The notes under the pieces: model-generated
Told to the model about the DNA's origin: nothing
Seen by the model: only the letters and a program-made list of their open reading frames with translations
Databases searched by the model: none
Origin: a virus
Lineage: Duplodnaviria > Caudoviricetes
Length of the DNA: 64,000 nt
Reading direction: 5' to 3' (one strand)
IMG/VR virus record: IMGVR_UViG_3300028601_000027
Span: 1-64,000 of that record
Position numbers and translations under genes: made by a program
Part shown: piece after piece, positions 29,378 through 39,819 of the stretch
How the letters are laid out: every line of letters begins with the position of its first letter
Position numbering within the stretch: the first letter of the stretch is position 1

Positions 29378-29695
29378 ATTATTTTGTCTCCTTATTTATT
29401 TACGTTTTTTAATGCTTCTAAAGCCTCAGTTACAATGTCGAGTATGTATTCTTGTACTCGTTTATACTCTGCAATATCACTGGTTTCCATCTTCTACTTG
29501 TGAATAATGATTGCGTCTATCTTTGCTACCTTGTTGTTCACACCCACAATTATGACAATAATAGTACCTATCTTCAACTGTTTTGTAATTAATAATGATT
29601 TTTTGGTGTATTTCTTCAAAAAATCCACTACCACAAATAGGGCAATTTTGTCTCATATTAGACCTCTAATTTTTATTTTGATTAGTTCCATTATT

Positions 29696-32600
29696 TTAAT
29701 TCTCCCAACTAGTGCTATATTTTTCTGCTAGTTCTACTCTTTCTTCGTAGATTTCATCATTAATCACATTCTGTATCCATTCAGGTGCAACGCTAAACGA
29801 ATCATACACCTCAAACTTTTCCTCAGTATCATTTATGTCAGTGTAATTATATTCTATCTTACCAGTAGTGATTTTGTCAATTTCATAATCACCACCTACC
29901 CCAAACACTTTTTCATCTCTAGCACTATAAGTATAATCTAAGTTTATTGCTAAGTTATCAATACTAATAGTGTAATCATCAGTCTCTACATCATAACCAC
30001 CGATGTTCAGTCTCATAATTTCCTCCATCTCAAAAGTTTTATTTCTCTTAACTACAAATACACTATACACTGTTTAGACATACTTGTAAATAGAAAAAGC
30101 ACTAAGAAATAAAATACTTGATAATATCATCCATTACAAAACCTCTTAAGTTGTAATTTTATTGGCTGTCTTTTTGGATTACTAGCTTTAATTTCGTCTA
30201 GTAGTTTCAGTTCGTATTTACACAGTTTCTTATCTAGCCAAGGTTGTTGAGTGCGTTCGTACTTATAACAAACATCGCCATAGACGTATCTAGCACCATA
30301 AGAATCAAATCCACATTTAGGACAATCAATACCATCTCTAAATATCCATTCACAACTAGCACAAACTCTTAGTTTAGCATGTTTGGACATTACTTACCTC
30401 TTATTTGTTGTATAGAATCCTTAACTCTTTTTTTGTTCCTTTTGATATTACACTATACATGATTTTCAAATGTCTTTTCCATCAGGTACACCGTAAAGAA
30501 AACTCTCATAGAAAAACTCGAATATTAACAGAATTACTAATACTACTATTGAAACTGGTAATAATAGCAAATATAATATCGGATGATCGTCAACCAATCA
30601 TGTTGTTTCACATCAAACCCCTAACTTATATATTTCATCTAAGTTTAGTTTAATGTTAAGTTCACTCAATTTTTTAGATATGTGTTCTGCTTGTGCATTA
30701 TCATTAGTCTATCAATTACTTCGTGATAGTGAAACTCATCTAATTCTACTTTAGGCATCTTGTCTTCGCTCATAATCTACTCCACTAAGTATGTTTTCTA
30801 TAACTAAACTCACCAAACACGTTTTCCAGTAAGTCAGTTATAGAGTTGTTTGGCTTAAAATAGTTTATATTAATACAGAATTCCTCTAGTGTTTTATCTT
30901 CTCTAGCTAAAGTGTATTCGTTATATAACACTAATATTGTAACTTGAATCAAGTAGGGTTTAACTGGTTTTAATTCTACTCTGCAATCAGTTCTATATTC
31001 ATAGTAATGGTTCTTATGAAAGTCAATCATTTTATCTATCAAGTACTCAGGAACAGATAAACGTTGATAAGGTAATGGATATGGTACTTTGTAGCTATAG
31101 TTAGTGATAGGCGATTCTACTTTTATAGTGTATTCTTCTAACCATTTGTTATTATTAGTACCATATAGGTTATCACGTTCTACTATACTCACCCATTCTT
31201 TCAGAGTTTTCATAACTCACTCCTATCATGATTAGGTGGCGCTGACCATTCATCAATGTTATCTAATTTCACTGTAATATGAATCTGATTAATAGGTTCT
31301 TTAGGGTAACAAGTCATTTCAACCTGCATTACTCCTTCATCGTCTACACATACTTTTTCACATTTCACTGTGCTAATGTCTATCTCTTCTAACCTAAACT
31401 CTTCCCCACATCTAGTAGACAACAAATCATCCGCTTCATATTCCCCATATGTGTCCATAGCATAATCAAGACATTCAGGACAACAGTATTCCACTAGAGT
31501 GCTTTTTGCGTCTAGTAGATTCATAACAATTTTTTCCCAACTAGGTTCTGTTAATTTAGTTAAAAGGTACATTACTAACTCCTTAATCAAATATTCTCAA
31601 ACAATTTCCTCAGACCAGTAATCTCTTCGCTACTCAATTCAACATATATTTTACTATCATTTCTTTCTATTGTCAAGTCAAACCCTTCCCCATCCCACCA
31701 CTCATTTAACTGAAAATGTGTACTATGGTCATGAAGAATATCCTTTACTGTCAACACTTGTACACTACTTGTACTTTTATCATGGAAAGTAATATTTTCT
31801 GATTCTATATCATCTTCTAAGAAGTCACTTAGTTGTGGGGTTTGAGTTTCATAACGCGATTCACTAACATTTACTCTTAACCCATTATCATAAACTACAG
31901 TCAAATCTTCATCTACAGCTTCTTCCCAATAGATATGATCTACATCACGAGTGTTCAACAACTCTACAGAATAGACATCGTTATTACTACCCAAATCAAA
32001 CACCATTAGATAGTGTTTATCTCCTTTAACACTAATAGCAAACCTATGTTTATCTATCTCTACATTATCAGAAAGATGATCTATTTGATGATATGTTATA
32101 TCAATATCGTTGATAGATTCATAGTCTATATTAAAAGGTATAGATTGCTTCAATTCTAATTTAGATGTATCATATATGCCAATGTGATTTGTGTTATCAG
32201 ATTCATCTTCAAAAGCAAATATTACATCATAATTAAATACTCCTAGAAACACAATATCCTGAGCATGACAACAATCAGTTTCAATCTTATCTTCTATTTG
32301 GTCTTCGTTGATTACAATGATCCCTTCATATAGTACTAACACTTCGGAACCATTACCTAGATTATATCTTTGCATGTTTATTCTCCTTTAAATCCAAACA
32401 TCAAGTATTAATAATATAGCGAACACTGTTATCCATATACCAACAGCGATTTGGCAGATTATCTCATGTATTTTATTCTGTCGTGTTATGGTATAAAACG
32501 AGTAAAACCAAAAAGGTAATAATAATAGCCAAGTACATATTAGTTTAGTCAAAATGTTGTCATTAACTAATTCCATTATGCTTCTCCCTCATAAACATTA

Positions 32601-33166
32601 CCAACTATGTGTAATATAACATATTCAAAACTGCTTGTAAACAAAAAACACTGAGAATAAATCTTCCTGCTATTTAAATAAATTCTTCAATAGGAATACT
32701 AATCCATATATCCATTCTATCATAATCAGAATAGAAAATGATTTCTGTTATCTTTATGGTGTTATAGTCATCTTCGATGTAACCAATATCCCAATCACAA
32801 GGGTAACAACCTAATACCATATCGTATCTTTTCAAGTACAATTCATACACTCTCCACACATGATCGTTTAAACTGTTTCTTAAACTTACCACGGCATAAT
32901 CATATACAGCTAATTTATTCAGTTCTTCTAACACATCGCTCATGTTATCCTCTGTATTGTAGTTCATGATGTTTCTGCATTATCAAATCATCTAACTCAG
33001 ATTGTAATTCCCACATATCATTTTGACTATAAATGTGATTTTTATTCATTAACGGAATTGCTATATTTACATATTTCCTAGCCGTAGATAACTGTTTCAT
33101 ATTCTCACATGACTTTATAACACGAATAGTTTTATTTAGCAACCTTTTTTTCTGTTTCTTATCCAT
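29696..33166 (-). CDS. Cluster of hypothetical ORFs (29696-30070, 30127-30390, 30785-31213, 31210-31590, 31587-32375, 32388-32576, 32674-32967, 32945-33166)
   Basis: Co-oriented, often overlapping stop/start codons; early promoters near 30085 and 32635. Confidence 0.6.
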
Positions 33167-33933
33167 TATATCACCTTTACTGGTTTATAGTTATAATGAC
33201 ATTGATACTTAATACCATCTTTCTCAGTTACAAAGTAATCAATGTGCCAGTGTCCAAAATGCCATTCTTTAGGCTTCAGATCAAATTCGTCAACTAATAC
33301 TTGCATAGCCCTAGCTACCTGACATTCACACTTACTTTCATAATACTCTTTATAAGTACCAGCACTAGTAGCACCAACATACCTCAGAATTTCATAACCT
33401 ATGCTATCAGGACAAGTATGTGCGAACACATATTCTATATCAGGATTAGCTTGTACTTGATCAATAATATATTCTGTTTCGGTATGATTCCAATTTTCTT
33501 GATCCCACCAGCTAACATCAGGTATGCGCCATTGCTTATCTTGACTCTCAGCACCACCTAGCGCCATACATTCATAACCATTGAAGTTATATACTTCACC
33601 TCTAAGTAATTGGTATAATGGTTTATTATTAGTAGGAATAACTCTTACTTTGCCATCAAATCTTTCTTCAATAGGAAATTGTTCTAGTTCATTGAAGTTA
33701 CAATGATTACCTTCAACAAAACAAAAAGTATATGGTTTCTCACCTAACCAATTTCGCCAGTAGCTATTTTGTTTATCGTTTTTACAACCTATCTTATCCC
33801 AAATTAATCCGAAATCACCTAATTGGATTAGGAAATCATCTTCAGTTAGTTTCCTACCTTCAGACCAATTTTTACCACTAATCTTCCTAATGTCCATAGA
33901 GCCATGAAAATCACCTGTTACATATATTGACAT
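33166..33933 (-). CDS. Calcineurin-like metallophosphoesterase
   Basis: GDFHG, LGDFG, GNH, HT, GHWH motifs. Confidence 0.92.
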   Translation of the reverse strand: MSIYVTGDFHGSMDIRKISGKNWSEGRKLTEDDFLIQLGDFGLIWDKIGCKNDKQNSYWRNWLGEKPYTFCFVEGNHCNFNELEQFPIEERFDGKVRVIPTNNKPLYQLLRGEVYNFNGYECMALGGAESQDKQWRIPDVSWWDQENWNHTETEYIIDQVQANPDIEYVFAHTCPDSIGYEILRYVGATSAGTYKEYYESKCECQVARAMQVLVDEFDLKPKEWHFGHWHIDYFVTEKDGIKYQCHYNYKPVKVI

Positions 33934-33936
33934 AAG

Positions 33937-34924
33937 TTATCCTTCTAATTTTTCTAATTCCCTTTTCAATTCATCTATTCTGAGTTTGTTCCTATAATCT
34001 TTAATGTTACTAAGAGCATTATTATACCATTCCACTAGTCTATCTAGCAAAGGGATTATCTGTTCATCAGTAGCATAAAAAGTAGAATTATCTTTATCTA
34101 AGAAAAACACATCAGTGTCATTGACGATATCATATAGACCAAATTTCACGTGCTCACCATATAGTGTAAGAGTGTTAATGTAAACTTTCCATAGATAAAC
34201 ATTATATGATTTGGGGTAGTTGAAGATTACTCTATTCGAATCACTACTAAAATGACTACGATTAATGCCCCAAGGAAAAGGCATACCTTTATATGTTTGA
34301 GTAAACTGAATCCATTCATCATACATAGTGTATTTGTTTGAAAGAATGATGTCAGCAAATTCAGGAACTTTTTCAGCAAACGCTTCTGCTTGATACATTC
34401 TTTCACGTAGTTCTTTTAATTCTTTTTCGTATTTTTCAATCATAATTTACTCCTCACACATTCTTAGATTTAATGTAATGAATAGTAATAGTACCTTCAT
34501 TATGTGGTTGATAATGTAAACTATTATAAGTATAATCAGAAAACTTTTGGGCAATTCTAGTTATCTTAACTTCCTTTAATCGCTCAAATAGAATACTCTT
34601 AATTCCTTCTTGTAGACTATACCCATCATTAGGACAATACTCGACTGAACTACTATAAGTATTACCACATTTTTCACATGTCCATGTTGCAAAAGTATCT
34701 GTTGTTTCCATGTTTAATTCTCCTTAATTGTATTTAGGCTCATCAATCCATTCCCAAATTAATTCATTATCCTCATTTTCAACTTTATGAACTAATACCT
34801 TATCATTAGCGTAATCTATTTGCCCTTGTTGATAACCTCGATTCATAATATTATCAAGAGATACCATGATCAACATAACCCCTATCAATAATCCTATTAA
34901 TACACCAACACCACATTCTCTCAT
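33937..34924 (-). CDS. Three hypothetical ORFs (33937-34443; Zn-ribbon 34454-34711; membrane-anchored 34724-34924)
   Basis: ORF track; WTCEKCG...CPND; hydrophobic N-terminus. Confidence 0.55.
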
Positions 34925-34926
34925 AA

Positions 34927-36123
34927 TTAATTCTCCTTATACTTAGAATATACACTATCAAATACTAGTTTGTCAACCTTTTTCTCAACCTCTTTATTAT
35001 CCAGCATCAAAAACATAAACCCCTTATATACACTAGGAACATTTTCGTTTACATATTGAGCAAATTCTTTCCTAGTACCAATATCTTTACATTGATTAAA
35101 GTAATATTTAATGTCATTCATTACATTAGTCTTAGTATGATTCACTTCATCCCTAAGTTGTTCTATTTCCTTTTGTCTATCCTTAAATCCTAACTGACTA
35201 ACAACTCCAATCATATCATCTACAGTGTTTTCTAATGTAGCTTGAATAACACTCTTAGGATTAAAGTCTGACACTAGTTTATGGTGTTCTAAGTATTCCT
35301 TGGTCTTAGCTTTCACTAGTTTACCACAACCAGTTTGAATTACAAACCCCTCAATCCCCTTCATATCAAACACTTCTTCATAAGTAACATTGTGTACTTT
35401 GTGTTGTTCATTAGCAAAATACTCTCCACTACAATTATCCCTAAATCCTAAGTAAATGAATTGTTCTTCAGGATATTCTAATACTATACGATTATGAGGG
35501 GCTACATATTCAAAAATAGGTGTGAAATTATGGTGAGAACTTTTTAATAAACTTTTCCAATCAAACTCACCTTCATTGTTAATAGCTTTAAACCTATCAT
35601 AGAACGCTTGCGCTTTTTGTGCTACATCGCTATAGAAACTCTTCTTAGTTTTCCAGAATACTTTACCGTTGATAACCACTGGAACTACCATTGATCCATC
35701 ATGTTTAGTATAGTATCCAGCAAAACTCATATCTAGATTATCAATTTGTGTTTCTTCTGTTTCTCCTATATTAAAAAACTTAGTCAATGGTCTAGAAATT
35801 AGTTCCTTTGTATCTAGTCTAAAAGTAGTACCACGAAACTCCTTAGCTAATTCTGAATCAAAGGTATCAGTATATTGTACCATATAACTAAAGATAACTA
35901 CAGGAACACCATCTACTATTTCTTCCTTAGCCCTTAGTTCTTCTTTCTGTTCACATAGTTCTATCATATCATCAAAGTGTAGTTCCATGTCATTCTCCAG
36001 TTTCAGGATCAACTTGTTTTGATTGTCTTTATCTAATAACATTATTAGATTAGGTATAGTAGTAAAATGGTATATTGTACCTACTTGTTTAGCTTCTTCT
36101 AATATACCCTTAAAGGTTATCAA
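34927..36123 (-). CDS. rnlA: RNA ligase 1 (T4 RnlA-like) with an optional 45-aa N-terminal extension
   Basis: EFRG..F...SRPLTKFFNIGE, KHDGS, FEYVAPHNRIV, EGFVI, KAKT; second RBS plus ATG at 35988. Confidence 0.88.
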   Translation of the reverse strand: MITFKGILEEAKQVGTIYHFTTIPNLIMLLDKDNQNKLILKLENDMELHFDDMIELCEQKEELRAKEEIVDGVPVVIFSYMVQYTDTFDSELAKEFRGTTFRLDTKELISRPLTKFFNIGETEETQIDNLDMSFAGYYTKHDGSMVVPVVINGKVFWKTKKSFYSDVAQKAQAFYDRFKAINNEGEFDWKSLLKSSHHNFTPIFEYVAPHNRIVLEYPEEQFIYLGFRDNCSGEYFANEQHKVHNVTYEEVFDMKGIEGFVIQTGCGKLVKAKTKEYLEHHKLVSDFNPKSVIQATLENTVDDMIGVVSQLGFKDRQKEIEQLRDEVNHTKTNVMNDIKYYFNQCKDIGTRKEFAQYVNENVPSVYKGFMFLMLDNKEVEKKVDKLVFDSVYSKYKEN

Positions 36124-36134
36124 TTATGTTCTCC

Positions 36135-37244
36135 CTATAGTAAATACTCTATCTCGTCAAATTCATCATCATACGGCATTGTAAAGCTCTTCATCATATT
36201 TAAGATAACATTATATGGTATAAACTTGTTTTCTCTTAGCGTGTTTCTATTATATATGGTAGATAACTTAGGTAGAAACACCTTATACTTAATCTGATAA
36301 CCCTTTTGTCTAAGTTGGTTTACAAACTTCATCCTACCCTTATAAGTAAGATTAGTCCTATCAATTACCATATCATATTCATTTTTTAAAAGATACTGGA
36401 ATGATTCTCTAAATTCCTTGTCTACTTCTTTCTGATCTACTCGTTTCCACGCATCATCATAGTTATCAGTTCCAGCTAAATCTAATACCATTTGATCCCT
36501 AGATAGAATGTTATTGTAACCTTCCTTAAGGGCATAAGTAGTCTTACCAGAATTAGGCAGACCAATTAGAAACGTAGCAGTAGCATAATCCTTCTTAGGT
36601 GGAGGGCAAGGGTATTTACTGTGTTCAGATATATGATCCAACAATTCAATAATAAAACACCATGAATCAGCAAAAGGATATTTCTTTGAAATATTACCAT
36701 AACAATCTGCTTTTCTCAATGAATACAAATCAATAAGAAAATTTTTACTTTTCTTCCACTTAACCCAATGTTTAGGTTTTGCGTCAAACAAATCACCATG
36801 ATAATTAATTAGCCTTAGTATGTATACTATCTGATCATCAGTTAAAGTTGGGTCTAGTTTCTTAATATCACTGATAGCTTTAAATGTGCTAACTCCAGCG
36901 TGATTCTTAAACATGATGCGATGTTTATCTTCTATCCATTCTCTACAATAAGGTTTACCAATATCATGTAGCAATGAAGCTATGATTAGTTCTTTCCATG
37001 TATTAGGGAAAAAATCATCTTCTATAAAGTTACGCATTACGTGAGAATAAACCATCATAGTGTGAGTTAGCACACTACCTTCAGCATGATATTGTGATTT
37101 AAAGTTTAGTCCAGCTTCATTATGATCTGATTGGTTTAATGCGTAACAAACAGCCATATCATGTAATTTATGAACTAAGTTCCACCCATATTCATGTACA
37201 TCATTAAAATCAGTCACTATAAAATTCCTTTGCTGTGTTATCAA
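36135..37244 (-). CDS. HD-domain phosphohydrolase fused to a polynucleotide-kinase-like P-loop
   Basis: YHAEGSVLTHT...LLHDIGKP; LIGLPNSGKTT...SRD...DRTNL...R. Confidence 0.88.
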   Translation of the reverse strand: MITQQRNFIVTDFNDVHEYGWNLVHKLHDMAVCYALNQSDHNEAGLNFKSQYHAEGSVLTHTMMVYSHVMRNFIEDDFFPNTWKELIIASLLHDIGKPYCREWIEDKHRIMFKNHAGVSTFKAISDIKKLDPTLTDDQIVYILRLINYHGDLFDAKPKHWVKWKKSKNFLIDLYSLRKADCYGNISKKYPFADSWCFIIELLDHISEHSKYPCPPPKKDYATATFLIGLPNSGKTTYALKEGYNNILSRDQMVLDLAGTDNYDDAWKRVDQKEVDKEFRESFQYLLKNEYDMVIDRTNLTYKGRMKFVNQLRQKGYQIKYKVFLPKLSTIYNRNTLRENKFIPYNVILNMMKSFTMPYDDEFDEIEYLL

Positions 37245-37563
37245 TTCTTTTTACCCACTCTATACTGCGAGGTGACAGATTTTTGAGTAGTTCTTTTTCA
37301 TTTTCGTATCTGTGACCGTATACTATTGGGCGATCATTACCATCAAATAAAACATTCCAATAATACTTAGTAACTGTTTTTTTGTACTCTTCCCATGAAT
37401 CCAAATCATAAGAATCAAAATAGTTGATATCACAAACATAACCATCTTCTTCTTTAAATTTCCCATCCTCAAAATCGTAATAAATATATTCGTCTTTGGG
37501 CCAAGCCATATGTCGAACTCGTTTTCCTTTAAGTGCTAGTTCAAGTGCTCCTACTTTAGTCAT
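37210..37563 (-). CDS. Hypothetical protein (G.RVRH..W...YIYY motif)
   Basis: ORF with AGGAG RBS. Confidence 0.65.
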   Translation of the reverse strand: MTKVGALELALKGKRVRHMAWPKDEYIYYDFEDGKFKEEDGYVCDINYFDSYDLDSWEEYKKTVTKYYWNVLFDGNDRPIVYGHRYENEKELLKNLSPRSIEWVKRIDNTAKEFYSD

Positions 37564-37575
37564 TTTTAATCTCCT

Positions 37576-38064
37576 TTAAATAAATTCTTCAATACTAACT
37601 GGTCTATAGTTCCAAACATCCACACCTACATTGTAACGAGTTCCTTCACAATTGTCAACAATATTATCGTGTATGTGTCCATGTAAATGTAAAAACCTAT
37701 GATGCTTACCATTCCAAGATTCAATAGGATAATGAAACAATATAAACTTTAACCCATTATACTTTAATTCCTTATAGTAATCAACACTTTCCCAACCTAG
37801 TTTCTTAACTCTATTATCGTCATGGTTGCCTAAAATTAAGTGTTTCTTACCGTTTAGTCTATTGAATATGTGTTGCATGTGTTCTCTACTACAAAAACCA
37901 AAATCACCTAAGTGGTAAATGGTATCATTTGATTTAACAACTTCATTCCAATTAGTGATTAGTTGTTCGTCCATTTCTGTTGTGTCTGAAAATGGTCTAT
38001 TACAATACTTGATTACATTATTGTGTCCGAAGTGAGTGTCAGCGGTAAAATAGATCATTACCAT
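37576..38064 (-). CDS. Metallophosphoesterase
   Basis: ADTHFGH, LGDF, GNHD, HYP, HGHIH. Confidence 0.92.
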   Translation of the reverse strand: MVMIYFTADTHFGHNNVIKYCNRPFSDTTEMDEQLITNWNEVVKSNDTIYHLGDFGFCSREHMQHIFNRLNGKKHLILGNHDDNRVKKLGWESVDYYKELKYNGLKFILFHYPIESWNGKHHRFLHLHGHIHDNIVDNCEGTRYNVGVDVWNYRPVSIEEFI

Positions 38065-39020
38065 TCTCCATAATAATTTTCAAGAACATTAAATGTGATT
38101 CCATTAACATAATTAGATTTAACACTATCAGGATATTTTGATTGTTCAGCTAGTTTCTCTACTCGTTCAATCCCTTCCTCAAGAGTAGGCAACACTGAGC
38201 CTTTAAAATCTAGTTTCCCTTGTTTCACTAGCTTTAGATATTCAGCATGCTTCAGAGGAAACTTTAAATCGCCAGTAGTGTAAATTTCCTCTAGTTGAAG
38301 AGCAGCCCTAATTGCATGTGACATCGCTTTCCAATCCACATCTTCATTTTTAGCCGCTTTTCTAGCTCTATCTCCATACTTGTCTAAAAAAGATTGAATC
38401 ATATCTTTAGCATAACTTACTTTAACAGTATTTTGTAATTGCTTGCCACAGAAAATAAACTTTCTAATGGTAGAGCCACCAATAAGATATGACATATTTT
38501 TATCTACAGGTAGTTCATTCCAAAAACTAGATAACCTTTGATTGTCATCCTTAGTATTAAGAAAATCTAATAGCTTCTGTGCAGAGTTAATTCTACTCCC
38601 TTTCATCCCATACTTTGCCGCCTGCTTTTTACAGTAGCCCATGAACGCCTTCATGTTTTTAGCATAAAAGAACCTGCGCCTATCATAAATATAATCCCAA
38701 TGAATAGTTTTATGGATCACTTGTTCAGTAGAGTGAATCATATCTAAAGCACATGTTTCACCTTTTCTTAACAACTCTAGGAAGTAGTGTAGTGAATATA
38801 ATTGGCAATCAATATCATCTTTACTATTTTTTTCGTTACTAGTATTACTATCAAATGATACTTGCTTAGGGATATTACCTAACATAATTTGTTCTTTTGT
38901 GGGAATAAACACACCCTTGTAATCAACATCTGATTCTGGAGTATTAGTGCCGTAAAGGTGTGAACCAAATTTAGTCAGAAAGATTACATTATAATTATCA
39001 TATATTTCCTTAAAGTTCAT
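38058..39020 (-). CDS. Nucleotidyltransferase (T4 NrdC.11-like)
   Basis: GSHLYGTNTPESDVDYKGVF...KAMSHAIR. Confidence 0.85.
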   Translation of the reverse strand: MNFKEIYDNYNVIFLTKFGSHLYGTNTPESDVDYKGVFIPTKEQIMLGNIPKQVSFDSNTSNEKNSKDDIDCQLYSLHYFLELLRKGETCALDMIHSTEQVIHKTIHWDYIYDRRRFFYAKNMKAFMGYCKKQAAKYGMKGSRINSAQKLLDFLNTKDDNQRLSSFWNELPVDKNMSYLIGGSTIRKFIFCGKQLQNTVKVSYAKDMIQSFLDKYGDRARKAAKNEDVDWKAMSHAIRAALQLEEIYTTGDLKFPLKHAEYLKLVKQGKLDFKGSVLPTLEEGIERVEKLAEQSKYPDSVKSNYVNGITFNVLENYYGEW

Positions 39021-39394
39021 TATAAATCTTCTCCCATCTCTTCAGTAATGAATTTGTTTTCTAATACTAGAATTTCGGTAGGTGTAAAAATAGTACACCT
39101 GAATTGTTCCATTGCTTGCATAAGGTGTTGTGCAAAATCAAAAGACATGTCAAACACCACAAAATCGTAAACAGGAAATCTAGGATAATTGATAAGCCCT
39201 ACAATATATCCCGGTTCATTACCATTTGGATATACGAAATTAGTTCTAGTTACAGTGACACCAACACAATTCGTATCACAAAACATTTGACAATATTTGA
39301 GGACTTGTTCTTCTGAAATTGTAGTATCAGTATACCCAACCTTTGCGCCAATATGGATTTGCACATCAAATCTCGGTAGTTTTTTGAAGTCCAT
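39020..39394 (-). CDS. Hypothetical protein (GLINYPRFP motif)
   Basis: Coupled ORF. Confidence 0.7.
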   Translation of the reverse strand: MDFKKLPRFDVQIHIGAKVGYTDTTISEEQVLKYCQMFCDTNCVGVTVTRTNFVYPNGNEPGYIVGLINYPRFPVYDFVVFDMSFDFAQHLMQAMEQFRCTIFTPTEILVLENKFITEEMGEDL

Positions 39395-39816
39395 TATCCT
39401 ACTCCATTATCTCTTAGAAGGGAAACAAAATTCTCAAAGAAAATAGTACGATAGATCTTATTTCTGAACAACTCGGAATACTCAGGTTTATTAGCTAATG
39501 TAAGCATTAACTCGTTTGCAGTTTTCACTTTATTAAAACTTATCTCATCATGATAAGATAACACGTTTACGGGCAAATCATTACCAAAGAATATCTTAAC
39601 ACTCTCGATATTGAGTAGTTTGTTTTCGTAACCTTCATTGTCATTAAATGTGTGATTAATTTTGTGTTTGATTATGTTTTTCATCATAATATTAAACACA
39701 TCACCCATAACAATAAAATCAATATCATTAGGTTTAGCATCAGTCCATACAGAAGAACCAATTTGTACTGCACCTCTTTTCAATAACCAATCAATTAGTG
39801 TTTGCTGTTTTGACAT
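39394..39816 (-). CDS. Minimal nucleotidyltransferase-like protein
   Basis: IGSSVW...PNDIDFIV (hGS..DhDh). Confidence 0.5.
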   Translation of the reverse strand: MSKQQTLIDWLLKRGAVQIGSSVWTDAKPNDIDFIVMGDVFNIMMKNIIKHKINHTFNDNEGYENKLLNIESVKIFFGNDLPVNVLSYHDEISFNKVKTANELMLTLANKPEYSELFRNKIYRTIFFENFVSLLRDNGVG

Positions 39817-39819
39817 CTT

